Of a stretch of DNA of 64,000 nucleotides, positions 8,451 through 18,680 are shown in pieces (the stretch's first letter is position 1; the number at the start of each line of letters is the position of its first letter). The DNA lies in assembly GCA_041687695.1 (NCBI GenBank), contig JAWLBL010000032.1, positions 29,174 to 93,173 of the forward strand. Direction: 5' to 3'. The notes under the pieces are model-generated. The model had not been told where the DNA came from and did no database searches. It saw only the letters and a list, made by a program, of their open reading frames with translations. This DNA comes from Myxococcota bacterium. GTDB taxonomy: Bacteria > Myxococcota_A > UBA9042 > PHBI01 > JAWLBL01. The translations under genes were made by a program, and so were the position numbers.

Positions 8451-11400
8451 TTGACCCCCGCGCCAACCCCCGACGGCTCCATCGAGCGCATCGAACGCTA
8501 CCTGGCGCGGCTCCGCCGCCGCTGGGGGCTGGTGTCGGCCGCCGAGGCCGCCTGCGGCGCGCTGGTCGTGCTGCTCGCGACGACCGCCGTGGCGCTGGCG
8601 CTCGCCTCGGCGCTGGGGGTCGGCACCGGACGCTGGGCGTGGACCGTCCTCGGCGTGGGCGCCGGCCTCGCAGGCGCGCTGGCCTGGCGTCTGTACGGCC
8701 GCCCCCTGCGCGTGCGCCGCACCGACGAGCGGCTCGCCCTCTGGGTCGAGGGCCGCGTCGCCGACCTCCACTCGGGCGTCGTCACCAGCGTCCAGACCGC
8801 CTCGCACCTGCGCGCCGGCGCGGCGGCCGACCCGGGCCTCGGCTTCTCGCCGGCCCTCGCGCGGGCCGCCGCGCACCGGACCGCGCGGACCCTGTCGCGC
8901 ACCCCCGCCGAGTCGCTGGTCTCGACCGCCCGCCTGCGGCGCCTCGGCCTGGCCAGCGCCGGGGCCGTGGCCGCCTGGGCCCTGCTGGCCCTCACCGCGC
9001 CCGAGCTGGTGGCCGACGGCTGGCGCGCCTTGTCGGGCGGCCCGGCGCTGGCCGCCGCGCGGGACGACGGACGCGTGGTCGACGTGGCGGTGGGCGACCT
9101 CGGCTTCCGCCTGAACTACCCGCCCTACCTGAACCTGCAGCCGCGCACGCTCGAGCGGGCCACCGGCGATCTGTCGGCCGTGGCCGGGACCGAGGTGCAG
9201 TTCACCGGCGTCACGCTGTTCCCCGCGCGCGAGGTCGTCCTGGTCCTCGAGAGCGATCCCGAGGCGCGCTGGCCGCTCGAGCTGTCGAGCGACGGCGTGG
9301 TCCGCGGCGCCATGCGCGTCGGGGCGCCCGACCGCTACCAGTTCGTCCTGTCGGACGCCCGGGGGCGCATCGTCCGCGAGCGCACGTGGCGCACCATCGA
9401 CGCGCGGCCCGACGCGACGCCCGAGGTGCGGCTGATGCTGCCCGAGTCCGATCTCGAGGTGCACGCGGGCGACGAGATCCCGATGGTCTACGAGGCCTCG
9501 GACGACTACGGCCTCGACCGGGTCGACCTGGCCTTCGCCGTCGAGGGCGGCGAGCCGCAGCGGCGCGCCATCAAGCACCCCAAGGGCGAGCGCTCGTCGC
9601 GGGGCAGCGAGAACCTGTCGGTCGCGACCCTGGGGCTCGAGCCGGGGCAGTCGGCCGACGTGTGGTTCGAGGCGGTCGACCAGAACTCGGTGACCGGCCC
9701 CGGCGTCGGCGCGTCGGTGAAGCGGCGCGTGACCCTGTACAGCCCCGAGGCCGAGCACGAGGCGCTGCTGACGGCGCTCGACCAGCTCATCCAGCAGATG
9801 ATCGACGTGCTGGCCGAGCGGCTCGAGAGCCCGGTCGAGGCCAAGAACCCGCTGCAGCTGGGCACCTACCTGAGCGTGCAGGGCGCCATCGCCGACGCGA
9901 GCGACGCGATGATGCGCCGCTTCGAGCGGGTCATCGCCGCGGCCAGCACCGACCCCTTGGCGGGCGACCCGCTGCGCGAGGGACTGCGCAAGGGCTACGA
10001 TCGCCTCGACGAGGTCCACGGGCAGGAGCGGGCGCAGCTGACGAAGGCGGCGGCGCGCGACTTCGGCGGGCCGCGGCCCGAGGTGACGGTGTCGCTGCTG
10101 GCGGGCGTGAACGACGAGGTGGCCGTCGAGCTCGAGACGACCATCCTGGCGCTCAAGGCGCTGCTCGACCGGGGCCGGCAGGACAAGATCCTGGACAAGG
10201 GCCGCGAGCTGCTCGAGGCGCAGAACGACCTGATGAAGCTGCTCGAGGAGCTGCGGGACAAGGGCGGCGACGAGCTGGCGGCCGCGGCGAACGAGAAGCT
10301 CGACCAGCTCGAGCGCAGCCTGAAGAAGATGGAGCAGGAGATGGCCAAGCTGGCCGACCGCGTGCCCTACGACAACCAGAACGCCAGCCAGCGGTCGGGG
10401 GACGTCGAGGGGGACATGCAGTCGATCCAGTCGCAGCTCGACCAGGTGCGGCAGCTCATCAAGGAGGGGCGCATCGAAGAGGCCCTGAAGATGATGGAGG
10501 CGATGAACCGGGCGAGCCAGGAGATGATGGCGAGCCTGCAGGACGGCTTCGGCGGCGGGCAGCGCATGAGCGCGCAGGCGCAGCAGGCGATGAACCAGCT
10601 GCAGAACCAGCTGGGGCAGGTGCGCGACGGGCAGCAGGGCGTGCACGACGAGACGAGCGAGCTGGAGCAGCGGGCGCGCGAGCAGCAGACCGAGCAGCTC
10701 AAGGAGGCCATGCAGGGGCTGCGCGAGCAGGCGCGGCAGGTCGAGGAGCGGATCGGGGGGGCCGACGGCGAGCCGCTGCATCCGGCGGATCGCAAGGCGC
10801 TCGAGCAGCTGAAGCAGGCCGCGGGCGAGCTGGGCGAGCGGCTCGAGGCGGGCGACCCGCGGGGGGCGCTGGAGGCGGCCAAGCGGCTGTCGCAGGGCGC
10901 GCCGGCGCTGGGTGAGGAGATCGGCCACGGCGAGCAGCGCGAGATGGACGTGGACCGGGCCGAGGCGATGCGGGACGCGGCGCAGCGGCTGGGGCAGGGC
11001 GGGCGGACGGCCGGGGAGATCGCCGGCCAGCTCGAGAAGATGCAGCCGCAGCCGGGGCAGGGCGCGTCGCCGCGGGAGGCCCAGGAGATGCAGCGGCTCG
11101 GCAAGCGGCAGGGGCAGCTCGAGCAGCAGCTGGGCGAGGCGGGCAAGATGCTCGAGCAGCTCGACGAAGGGCAGCTGCCCGGGGTGCGCGAGCGGCTGCA
11201 GCAAATGCTCGACCAGGCGGGCAAGGCGATGAAGGACGCCAAGGGCGACCTCGACGGCAAGCAGCTGCCGGGCGCGCGCGAGAACCAGCAGAAGGCGCTG
11301 GAGCAGCTGGGCGAGGCGATGGACGACATCGACGAGCACATGAAGCCGTCCGACGACCGGGGCGCCGGTGGCGTCGGGACCAGCGGGCCGCGCCAGAAGG

Positions 11401-11534
11401 TCGAGATCCCCGACGCGGACGCCTACAAGGTGCCGGCCGAGTTCCGCGAGGAGCTGCTGCGGGCGATGAAGGAGCGGGCGCCCGAGAAGTTCAAGCAGGA
11501 CATCGAGCGGTACTACGAGGAGCTGGTGAAGTGA
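8451..11534 (+). CDS. DUF4175-like membrane protein with Ig-like middle region and long Gln/Met-rich coiled coil
   Basis: N-terminal TM helices; YEASDDYGL motif; long QQ/EQL coiled coil; C-terminal PEKFKQDIERYYEELVK. Start uncertain (TTG 8451 preferred, ATG 8256 possible). Confidence 0.8.
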   Translation: MTPAPTPDGSIERIERYLARLRRRWGLVSAAEAACGALVVLLATTAVALALASALGVGTGRWAWTVLGVGAGLAGALAWRLYGRPLRVRRTDERLALWVEGRVADLHSGVVTSVQTASHLRAGAAADPGLGFSPALARAAAHRTARTLSRTPAESLVSTARLRRLGLASAGAVAAWALLALTAPELVADGWRALSGGPALAAARDDGRVVDVAVGDLGFRLNYPPYLNLQPRTLERATGDLSAVAGTEVQFTGVTLFPAREVVLVLESDPEARWPLELSSDGVVRGAMRVGAPDRYQFVLSDARGRIVRERTWRTIDARPDATPEVRLMLPESDLEVHAGDEIPMVYEASDDYGLDRVDLAFAVEGGEPQRRAIKHPKGERSSRGSENLSVATLGLEPGQSADVWFEAVDQNSVTGPGVGASVKRRVTLYSPEAEHEALLTALDQLIQQMIDVLAERLESPVEAKNPLQLGTYLSVQGAIADASDAMMRRFERVIAAASTDPLAGDPLREGLRKGYDRLDEVHGQERAQLTKAAARDFGGPRPEVTVSLLAGVNDEVAVELETTILALKALLDRGRQDKILDKGRELLEAQNDLMKLLEELRDKGGDELAAAANEKLDQLERSLKKMEQEMAKLADRVPYDNQNASQRSGDVEGDMQSIQSQLDQVRQLIKEGRIEEALKMMEAMNRASQEMMASLQDGFGGGQRMSAQAQQAMNQLQNQLGQVRDGQQGVHDETSELEQRAREQQTEQLKEAMQGLREQARQVEERIGGADGEPLHPADRKALEQLKQAAGELGERLEAGDPRGALEAAKRLSQGAPALGEEIGHGEQREMDVDRAEAMRDAAQRLGQGGRTAGEIAGQLEKMQPQPGQGASPREAQEMQRLGKRQGQLEQQLGEAGKMLEQLDEGQLPGVRERLQQMLDQAGKAMKDAKGDLDGKQLPGARENQQKALEQLGEAMDDIDEHMKPSDDRGAGGVGTSGPRQKVEIPDADAYKVPAEFREELLRAMKERAPEKFKQDIERYYEELVK

Positions 11535-13111
11535 GGCGTGGTGGCGTGAGGGTGAGGTCCCTGGGGGCGTTGACCGCGCTGGCGGTGACGTTGACGGCCG
11601 GGGTGACGGTCGCGAGGGCCGACGCGGACGTCGAGGCGGCGGTCGAGGCGATCCACGCGTGGGACATGGCCGGCGCGCGGGCGGCGGTGCGGCGGCTCGA
11701 GGCGCAGCGGCCGAGCGACGGGCGGACGGCGCTGCTGGCCGGGCAGCTGGCGCTGCACGAGGGGCGGTACGACGACGCCACGCAGCTGCTGCAGCGGGCG
11801 GTCGAGGCGGGCGCGGGCGAGCTGGGGGCGCACTACCTCGAGATCGCGCGCAACACGGCGCTCGAGACGCGGGGCTACGCCGAGCACCGGACGCGGGACG
11901 GCCACTTCGTCATCCGGCACGAGCCGGGGGTCGACGAGGTGCTGGTCCCGTACGCCGAGGAGGTCCTCGAGCAGGCGTGGCGCGAGCTGACGGTCCTGTT
12001 CGGGCACGTGCCCGAGGGGCCGCTGCGGGTCGAGATCTACCCGCGGGTCGAGACCCTGGGGGCGGTGAGCCCGCTGACGGTCAAGGAGATCCGGACCTCG
12101 GGCACCATCGCGCTGTGCAAGTACAACCGGCTGATGATCGTGTCGCCGCGCGACCTGGTCTACGGCTACGAGTGGGCGGACACGCTGGCGCACGAGCTCA
12201 TCCACCTGCTGATCACGCAGAAGAGCCGCAACCGGGTGCCGATCTGGCTGCACGAGGGGCTGGCGAAGTACTACGAGGCCAAGTGGAAGGCCGGGCAGAA
12301 GCCGAAGCTCGGGCGGCCCAGCGAGGATCTGCTGGCGCGGGCGGTCGCGGCGGACCAGCTCATCAGCTTCGAGGCGATGAGCCCGTCGATGGCCAAGCTG
12401 CCCAGCCAGGAGGCGACCGCGACGGCGTTCGCCGAGGTGTTCACGGTCATCGAGTTCCTGGCGAGCCGGGGCGGCGACCAGGTCGCCGAGGCGCTGGTGC
12501 GGCTGATGGGCGAGGGCAAGAGCGACCGGGACGCGGTGGCCGAGGTGGCGCAGCTGCCGTGGGAGCGGTTCGAGCCGGCGTGGAAGCAGTACCTCAAGCA
12601 GAAGGGGCTGCGGAGGCTCGAGGGCGCGGCCGACGACAAGCTGCTGTTCCGAGGGGCGGACGCCGAGGCGGCCGAGCTCGAGGGCATCGACGGCGAGCAG
12701 GCGCGCAAGCACACGTGGCTGGGCGACCAGCTGCGGCTGCGCGAGCGGTTCAAGGCGGCCGCCAAGCAGTACCGCAAGGCGTCGGCGGTGGCCGGCGACC
12801 TGAACGCGGTCATCCAGGCCAAGCTCGGCGGGGCGCTGCTGAAGCTGGGCGAGGTCGACCAGGCGATCGCCGAGCTGCAGCGCCCGCTCGACGTCCACGA
12901 CGGCTACGTGCTGCTGCACCTGCACCTCGGGCGGGCGCGGATGCTGCGCAGCGAGTGGGCGGCGGCCCGCGTCCACTTCGAGACGGCCCTGCACATCAAC
13001 CCCTTCGACCGCGAGCTGCACGGCCACCTGGCCAAGGTCTACGAGCAGCTCGATCTCCCCGATCTGGCCGCCCGCGAGCGGCGCGCGCACCGCCTGGTGA
13101 ACGGCGAGTGA
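11531..13111 (+). CDS. Exported TPR-containing zinc metallopeptidase (peptidase MA-like)
   Basis: Signal peptide; AHELIH (HExxH) followed by PIWLHEGLA; TPR-like helices at both ends. Confidence 0.85.
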   Translation: MRRGGVRVRSLGALTALAVTLTAGVTVARADADVEAAVEAIHAWDMAGARAAVRRLEAQRPSDGRTALLAGQLALHEGRYDDATQLLQRAVEAGAGELGAHYLEIARNTALETRGYAEHRTRDGHFVIRHEPGVDEVLVPYAEEVLEQAWRELTVLFGHVPEGPLRVEIYPRVETLGAVSPLTVKEIRTSGTIALCKYNRLMIVSPRDLVYGYEWADTLAHELIHLLITQKSRNRVPIWLHEGLAKYYEAKWKAGQKPKLGRPSEDLLARAVAADQLISFEAMSPSMAKLPSQEATATAFAEVFTVIEFLASRGGDQVAEALVRLMGEGKSDRDAVAEVAQLPWERFEPAWKQYLKQKGLRRLEGAADDKLLFRGADAEAAELEGIDGEQARKHTWLGDQLRLRERFKAAAKQYRKASAVAGDLNAVIQAKLGGALLKLGEVDQAIAELQRPLDVHDGYVLLHLHLGRARMLRSEWAAARVHFETALHINPFDRELHGHLAKVYEQLDLPDLAARERRAHRLVNGE

Positions 13112-13130
13112 CCTCAGGAGCCCCCACCCG

Positions 13131-14168
13131 ATGACAGCCTCTCCCCCCTCGCTCCCCACGGCCGACGATTCGCGCATCGGCCCCGAAGACGTCGAGGCCC
13201 TCGCCGCCGCCCGCGAGCGCGTCCTGGGCGAGCTGCGCAAGCGCATCATCGGCCAGGAGGACGTCGTCGATCTCCTGCTGACCGCCCTGTTCGCGCGCGG
13301 CCACGGCCTGTTCATCGGCGTGCCGGGCCTCGCCAAGACGCTGCTCATCTCGACCCTGGCCGAGACCCTGAGCCTGCGCTTCAACCGCATCCAGTTCACG
13401 CCGGACCTCATGCCGTCCGACATCACCGGCACCGACATCCTCGAGCAGGACCACGCGACCGGAAAGCGCTTCTTCAAGTTCATCCAGGGCCCGATCTTCT
13501 GCAACATCCTGCTGGCCGACGAGGTCAACCGCACGCCGCCCAAGACGCAGGCCGCGCTGCTGCAGGCCATGCAGGAGGGACGCGTCACGGCCGGCGGGGC
13601 GACCTATCCGCTCGAGCCGCCGTTCCTGGTCTTCGCGACGCAGAACCCCATCGAGCAAGAGGGCACCTACCCGCTGCCCGAGGCGCAGCTCGACCGGTTC
13701 ATGTTCTCGATCCGCGTGGGTTACCCGTCGTTCGACGAGGAGGTCGCCATCGTCACGCGCACCACGGGCGCGCGGCAGGAGCCCATCACGCCGGTGCTCA
13801 GCCACGAGGAGCTGCTGCGCTTCCAGAGGGTGGTGCTCGGCGTGGTCGCGGCGCCCGACATCGTGCGGTACGCGGTCGAGCTGACGACGCGGACGCGCCC
13901 CGACGCCGAGCGGGCGCCCAAGGCGGTCAAGGAGTTCGTCTCGTGGGGCGCCGGCCCGCGCGCCAGCCAGTACCTGGTGCTGGGGGCCAAGGCGCGCGCC
14001 GCGCTGCACGGGCGGCCGCAGGCCTCGCGCGAGGACGTGCGCGCCCTGGCCGCGTCGGTGCTGGGCCACCGCGTGCTGCTGAACTTCCAGGCCGAGGCCG
14101 AGCGCGTCGGCGTGCAGGATCTCATCGGCGAGATCGTGCGCTCCGTGCCCACGTCGGGTCCGGTGTGA
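13131..14168 (+). CDS. moxR: MoxR-family AAA+ ATPase
   Basis: GVPGLAKT, RIQFTPDLMPSDITG, LLADEVNRTPPKTQAALL and ATQNPIEQEGTYPLPEAQLDRF. Confidence 0.95.
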   Translation: MTASPPSLPTADDSRIGPEDVEALAAARERVLGELRKRIIGQEDVVDLLLTALFARGHGLFIGVPGLAKTLLISTLAETLSLRFNRIQFTPDLMPSDITGTDILEQDHATGKRFFKFIQGPIFCNILLADEVNRTPPKTQAALLQAMQEGRVTAGGATYPLEPPFLVFATQNPIEQEGTYPLPEAQLDRFMFSIRVGYPSFDEEVAIVTRTTGARQEPITPVLSHEELLRFQRVVLGVVAAPDIVRYAVELTTRTRPDAERAPKAVKEFVSWGAGPRASQYLVLGAKARAALHGRPQASREDVRALAASVLGHRVLLNFQAEAERVGVQDLIGEIVRSVPTSGPV

Positions 14169-15136
14169 GCGCGGGCGCCTTCCACAGCCAGCTGCTCGAC
14201 CCCCGCGCGCTCGCGCAGCTCGCCGGGCTGCAGGCCCGGGCGCGCAAGGTCGTCGACGGTCTGCTGCAGGGCATCCACAAGAGCCCGCACCACGGCAGCT
14301 CCATCGAGTTCTCCGAGCACAAGGAGTACTCGCCGGGCGACGAGATCCGCCACATCGACTGGAAGGCGTTCGGCCGCCTCGACAAGTACTACGTCAAGCG
14401 CTTCGAGCAGGAGAGCAACCTGACCGCCTGGTTCGTCGTCGACCGCTCGGCGTCGATGGCCTACGGGCGCGCCCAGGAGGGCGACGGGGCGCTGACCAAG
14501 TTCGAGTACGCCTCCGTGCTGGCGGTCAGCCTGGCGCACCTGCTGCTGCAACAGCAGGACGCGGTGGGCCTGGTCACCTTCGGCGACGACGACCCGGCGC
14601 TGCTGCCGCCCCGCGGGCGGACCAGCCACCTGCCGCACATGTGCAAGGTGCTCGAGGAGACGAAGGTCCGCGGCGGGACGTCCATCGAGACGGGCCTCAC
14701 GGCCATCCTCGAGCGCGCCCGCAAGCGCGGCTTCGTCTACGTGCTCTCGGACTTCTTCGGCGAGACCGAGGCCGCCTTCAAGGCGATGCGCCAGCTGGTG
14801 GGGCGCGGGCACCAGGTCACGGCCTTCCAGGTCCTCGACGGCGACGAGCTGTCCTTCCCCTTCGGCGAGATGACCCTGTTCGAGGGCATGGAGAGCAAGC
14901 AGCGCCTGCTGGTCGAGCCGCGCCTCGTGCGCGACGCGTACATGAAGCGTCTCGAGGCCCACCTGCAGCAGGTGCGCGCCCAATGCTTGCGCGCTCAGGT
15001 CGCCTACGCGCTGGCCGACACCCGCGAGGCGCCCGGCAGGCTGCTGCTCAAGTACCTGACCGGCCACGACGTCTCGTCGCCAGGCGCCTCCCTCGACCCG
15101 GACGGCGCGCGCGACGGCGCCCGCGAGGCCCGCTGA
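14165..15136 (+). CDS. DUF58 domain protein
   Basis: GSSIEFSEHKEYSPGDEIRHIDWK and VDRSASM; GTG start overlaps the moxR stop. Confidence 0.92.
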   Translation: MSAGAFHSQLLDPRALAQLAGLQARARKVVDGLLQGIHKSPHHGSSIEFSEHKEYSPGDEIRHIDWKAFGRLDKYYVKRFEQESNLTAWFVVDRSASMAYGRAQEGDGALTKFEYASVLAVSLAHLLLQQQDAVGLVTFGDDDPALLPPRGRTSHLPHMCKVLEETKVRGGTSIETGLTAILERARKRGFVYVLSDFFGETEAAFKAMRQLVGRGHQVTAFQVLDGDELSFPFGEMTLFEGMESKQRLLVEPRLVRDAYMKRLEAHLQQVRAQCLRAQVAYALADTREAPGRLLLKYLTGHDVSSPGASLDPDGARDGAREAR

Positions 15137-17256
15137 TGCGGTTCGAGAACCCCTGGCTGCTCGCCGGCATGGCGGCCGCGGCCATCCCCGTCATCATCCA
15201 CCTCATCAACCGTCGTCGCGCGCGCCTGCGCCCCTTCGCCGCGATGGAGTTCCTGCTCCTGAGCGACAAGCGCATCGCCCGCCGCCTCAAGCTGCGCCAG
15301 CTGCTCGTCCTGGCCCTGCGCGTCCTGCTCCTCGTCGCCATCCCCTTCGCCCTGGCCAAGCCCTACCTCGCCCCCGACGCCACCTCCCGCGTCGCCCTGT
15401 CCGCCCCCGGGTCCGTGGTCCTGGTCGTCGACGACTCGATGTCCATGTCGGCCCGCGGCGAGGACGGCCGCCCTCTGCTCGAGGCCGCCGTCGCCGAGGC
15501 TCGCCGCCTGGTCGCCTCGGGTGGCAGCCGCACCAGCTTCGCCGTCGTGGCCGCTGGCGCCCCCGCGCGCCTGCTCACCCCGGCCCTGACCTACGACCGC
15601 ACCACCCTCGAGCGCGCCCTGACCCGCCTCACCCCCGGCCCCCGCGCCAGCGACCTGCCCGGCGCCCTGCGCGAGGCCGAGCGGCTCCTCGCCAGCAGCG
15701 CCGAGGCCCGCCGGCAGGTCGTCGTCCTGGGCGACCAGGCCCGCCACGCCTGGAGCGACGTCGCCGAGCCCTGGGCCCTGGCCCGCATCCCCGCCGCCGA
15801 GGTCATCGACGTCCGCGGTGGCCGCCCCATCGACAACCTGGCCATCACCCAGGTCGCCCTGCGCCCCGCGCTCGAGGCTGGCCCCGGCCAGGTCCAGGTC
15901 GAGGTCAGCGTCGCCAACCACGGCCTCGCCGCGGCCGAGACCCAGGTCACGGTCGACCTCGCCGGCCAGCAGGTCGTCGGCACCGCCCGCGTCCCGCCCG
16001 CCGCCACCGAGAAGGTCGCCTTCACCCTGCGCCTCGACCCGGGCAGCGCCGGCGACCGCGGCACCGCGCGCCTGTCCGGTGACGCGCTGCCCGACGACGA
16101 CGTCTGGTACTTCGCCGCCGACTTCGGCGGGCAGGCCAACGTGCTGGTGGTCAACGGCTCACCCAGCAACGTCCCTTATCAGGACGAGCTCTTCTTCCTG
16201 CGGCCCGCCCTGCAGCCGGGCGACGAACCCGCGCGCGGCATCGTGCCGACCTTCGTCGGGACCAGCGAGCTGACCCGCCGCCCGCTCGAGGCCTACGACG
16301 TCGTCGTCCTGGCCAACGTCGGCTCGCTGACCAGCACCCAGCGCGCGCTGCTCGAGGGCTTCGTCGAAGCCGGCGGCGGTCTGCTGGTGACCGGCGGCGA
16401 CCAGCTGACCCCCGACTCCAGCGCCACCTTCGGCGCCCTGCTGCCCTTCCCGGTGCGCGACATCAAGACCGTCGCGCGCCGCGACGACCCGGCCGCCGCC
16501 GTGCAGACCCTGGCCATCGCCAACGTCGACTTCGAGCACCCGGTCATGGCCGAGTTCGAGCACCTCGAGGACGCCAGCCTCTTCCGCAGCCGGATCTACA
16601 GCTACGCCCTGCTCGACACGCGCCACCGCGAGGGCGCGCGCGTCCTGGCCAGCTTCTCGGGCGGCATCCCGGCGCTGGTCGAAGCCCCACACGGCCGCGG
16701 CCGGGTCATGATGCTGACCACCACGGCCGATCGCGACTGGTCCGACCTGTGCATCCGCACCAGCTACCTGCCGCTCATGCAGCAGCTGGTCCGCTACCTG
16801 GGCGGCACCCTCGAGCGCGAAGGCCGTCTGGCCAACACCGTCGGCGACGTGGTCACCGTCGCCGTCCCCGAGGGCACCGGCCCGCTGGTGCTCGACCGCC
16901 CCGACGGCGCCGAGGTCCCGCTGGGCGAGCCCGAGGCGGCCGATGCCCGCGAGCTGCCCATCCCCGACGTCGACGTCGCCGGCCACTACACCGTCCGGCG
17001 CGCCGGCTCGGCCCACGGCGCCCGCACCATCGCCGTCAACGGCCCGCGCACCGAGAGCGACCTGTCCCTGGCCGACCTGCCGCGCGTCCACGCCGCCCTC
17101 GAGCGCCCTGGCTCGGCGGTCGCCCCGCCGGAGGCCGAGGCCATCGCCGAGGCGACCCCCGCCGAGGACCCGAGCCGCACGCGCCTGTGGCCGGCCGTCC
17201 TGGTGGCCCTGTTCGGGCTGCTCGCCTCCGAGGCGTGGCTGGTGGTCCGCGGCTGA
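15136..17256 (+). CDS. BatA N-terminal / vWA domain membrane protein with a glutamine-amidotransferase-like region
   Basis: MRFENPWLL...IPVIIHLINRRR (BatA); MIDAS DDSMSM; YDVVVLAN...FVEAGGGLL; C-terminal TM ending EAWL. Confidence 0.9.
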   Translation: MRFENPWLLAGMAAAAIPVIIHLINRRRARLRPFAAMEFLLLSDKRIARRLKLRQLLVLALRVLLLVAIPFALAKPYLAPDATSRVALSAPGSVVLVVDDSMSMSARGEDGRPLLEAAVAEARRLVASGGSRTSFAVVAAGAPARLLTPALTYDRTTLERALTRLTPGPRASDLPGALREAERLLASSAEARRQVVVLGDQARHAWSDVAEPWALARIPAAEVIDVRGGRPIDNLAITQVALRPALEAGPGQVQVEVSVANHGLAAAETQVTVDLAGQQVVGTARVPPAATEKVAFTLRLDPGSAGDRGTARLSGDALPDDDVWYFAADFGGQANVLVVNGSPSNVPYQDELFFLRPALQPGDEPARGIVPTFVGTSELTRRPLEAYDVVVLANVGSLTSTQRALLEGFVEAGGGLLVTGGDQLTPDSSATFGALLPFPVRDIKTVARRDDPAAAVQTLAIANVDFEHPVMAEFEHLEDASLFRSRIYSYALLDTRHREGARVLASFSGGIPALVEAPHGRGRVMMLTTTADRDWSDLCIRTSYLPLMQQLVRYLGGTLEREGRLANTVGDVVTVAVPEGTGPLVLDRPDGAEVPLGEPEAADARELPIPDVDVAGHYTVRRAGSAHGARTIAVNGPRTESDLSLADLPRVHAALERPGSAVAPPEAEAIAEATPAEDPSRTRLWPAVLVALFGLLASEAWLVVRG

Positions 17257-17319
17257 CAGGCGGCTGAGCGGTCGGTCGGTAGCCGGACCGTCCCTCCGCC
17301 GGGTATAACCACTCGCGGT

Positions 17320-17895
17320 ATGCCAGCCCCCGAACAGGACCCGCTCGCCGCCATCGACGGCATCTTCGAGGTGCCGGGCCGCGCGGCGGCCGCCCCGCTC
17401 GCCCCCTCGGACGTGGCGGTGCCCTGCGCCGAGTGCGGGGCCGCCGGGCGCGCCGAGCTCCGCTTCTGCGAGGCCTGCGGCGCCGCCCTGCGTGACGCCG
17501 ACCCCCTGCTCACCATGGAGATCTTGCCCGCCCTGCGCCGCGGTCGGCGTTGGATCCTGGCGCTGGCGCTGCTCCAGGCGGTGGTGGGCGGCCTGCTGCT
17601 GCTGCTCGGCGACCGCCTGCCCGTCGAGGCCCTGGACCCGGCCCTCGCCGCCTGCGTCGCCTTCGCGCTGGCCGTCACGAACCTCGGCCTGTGGCTCTGG
17701 GCTCGCCGAGCCCCGCTGGCCGCCGCCGTGACGGCCCTGCTGGTCTTCGTCGCGCCGATCTTCGTCGACGCCATCGCGCGGCCGGGCAGCCTGTTGGAGC
17801 CGGTCCCCCTGGCGCTTCGTGTCCTGTTCATCCTGGGCCTGCTCGACGCCGTGCGCGCCGGCATCGAGGTCCGTCGGCTCCGGCGGCGCCCTTGA
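17320..17895 (+). CDS. Zinc-ribbon membrane protein
   Basis: CAECG...FCEACG followed by about four hydrophobic helices. Confidence 0.7.
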   Translation: MPAPEQDPLAAIDGIFEVPGRAAAAPLAPSDVAVPCAECGAAGRAELRFCEACGAALRDADPLLTMEILPALRRGRRWILALALLQAVVGGLLLLLGDRLPVEALDPALAACVAFALAVTNLGLWLWARRAPLAAAVTALLVFVAPIFVDAIARPGSLLEPVPLALRVLFILGLLDAVRAGIEVRRLRRRP

Positions 17896-18674
17896 CCCAT
17901 GGGTCGCCCCACGCCTGTCTCCGGTGCGGCCACGCCCTCGGCGCCCGGGCGAACTTCTGCGGCGCGTGCGGCGCCGACCGCGACGGCGCCCCCCCGACCA
18001 GCCGCCGCTCCGACTCCTTCATGGCCGCCGTGCTGCGCGAGGCGGACGCCGGCGGCTCCGTCCAGCAGGCGGTCGCGGGCCTGCTCGTCGCGGTCGGCGC
18101 CTTCGTGGCGCTCCTGTTCATCCTGGGGGTCGCCAACCTGAACGCCGACGGCGGCCTCGCCGCCATGCGCCTGGGCGACGCGGCCATCCTGGGCGTCGGC
18201 CTCGTGGGCGCGGCGCTCCGGTGGCGCCAGGTGCGTCCGACGCTCAGCCTGCCGCGGATCACCGGCGGCGGCCTCGCGCTCGCCTCGGGGGGGCTGGCGC
18301 TGGTGTGGCTGACCTCGCAGCTGCTGACCCGGATCGCCCCGACCACCGACGGCGCCCTGGTCGGCCTCTACCACGCCGAGGAGCTCCCCCTGTGGGTGGC
18401 GCTGGTCGACCTGGCGGTGCTGCCGGCCGTCACCGAGGAGCTGGTCTTCCGCGGGGTCATCCTGGGCGGCCTGCTGCAGGTCTTCCGGCCTCAGGCCGCC
18501 ATCGTGACGACCGCGGTGCTCTTCGGGGCGGTGCACCTGTCGCCGCTGTCGATGGTGCACCTGACCATGATGGGCCTGGTGCTCGGCGCGGTCCGCGTCG
18601 GCTCGGGCAGCCTCTACCCGTGCATCCTGCTGCACGCCCTGTACAACGCGGTCATCGTCCTCGGCGTCTGGTAG
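17892..18674 (+). CDS. CPBP (Abi/CAAX) intramembrane metalloprotease with an N-terminal zinc ribbon
   Basis: CLRCG...FCGACG; EELVFRG, FGAVH and HALYN motifs; TTG start overlaps the upstream TGA. Confidence 0.88.
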   Translation: MTHGSPHACLRCGHALGARANFCGACGADRDGAPPTSRRSDSFMAAVLREADAGGSVQQAVAGLLVAVGAFVALLFILGVANLNADGGLAAMRLGDAAILGVGLVGAALRWRQVRPTLSLPRITGGGLALASGGLALVWLTSQLLTRIAPTTDGALVGLYHAEELPLWVALVDLAVLPAVTEELVFRGVILGGLLQVFRPQAAIVTTAVLFGAVHLSPLSMVHLTMMGLVLGAVRVGSGSLYPCILLHALYNAVIVLGVW

Positions 18675-18680
18675 CGCGCC

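Noticed and set aside
8097..11339. Long antisense or alternate-frame ORFs (e.g. 8097-11339 -, 18759-21878 +, 58882-61428 -, 5' part of 53654-57763 +)
   Set aside because: Shadow frames of real genes in very GC-rich DNA; Arg/Ala/Gly/Pro-rich or antisense-patterned, with no family motifs.
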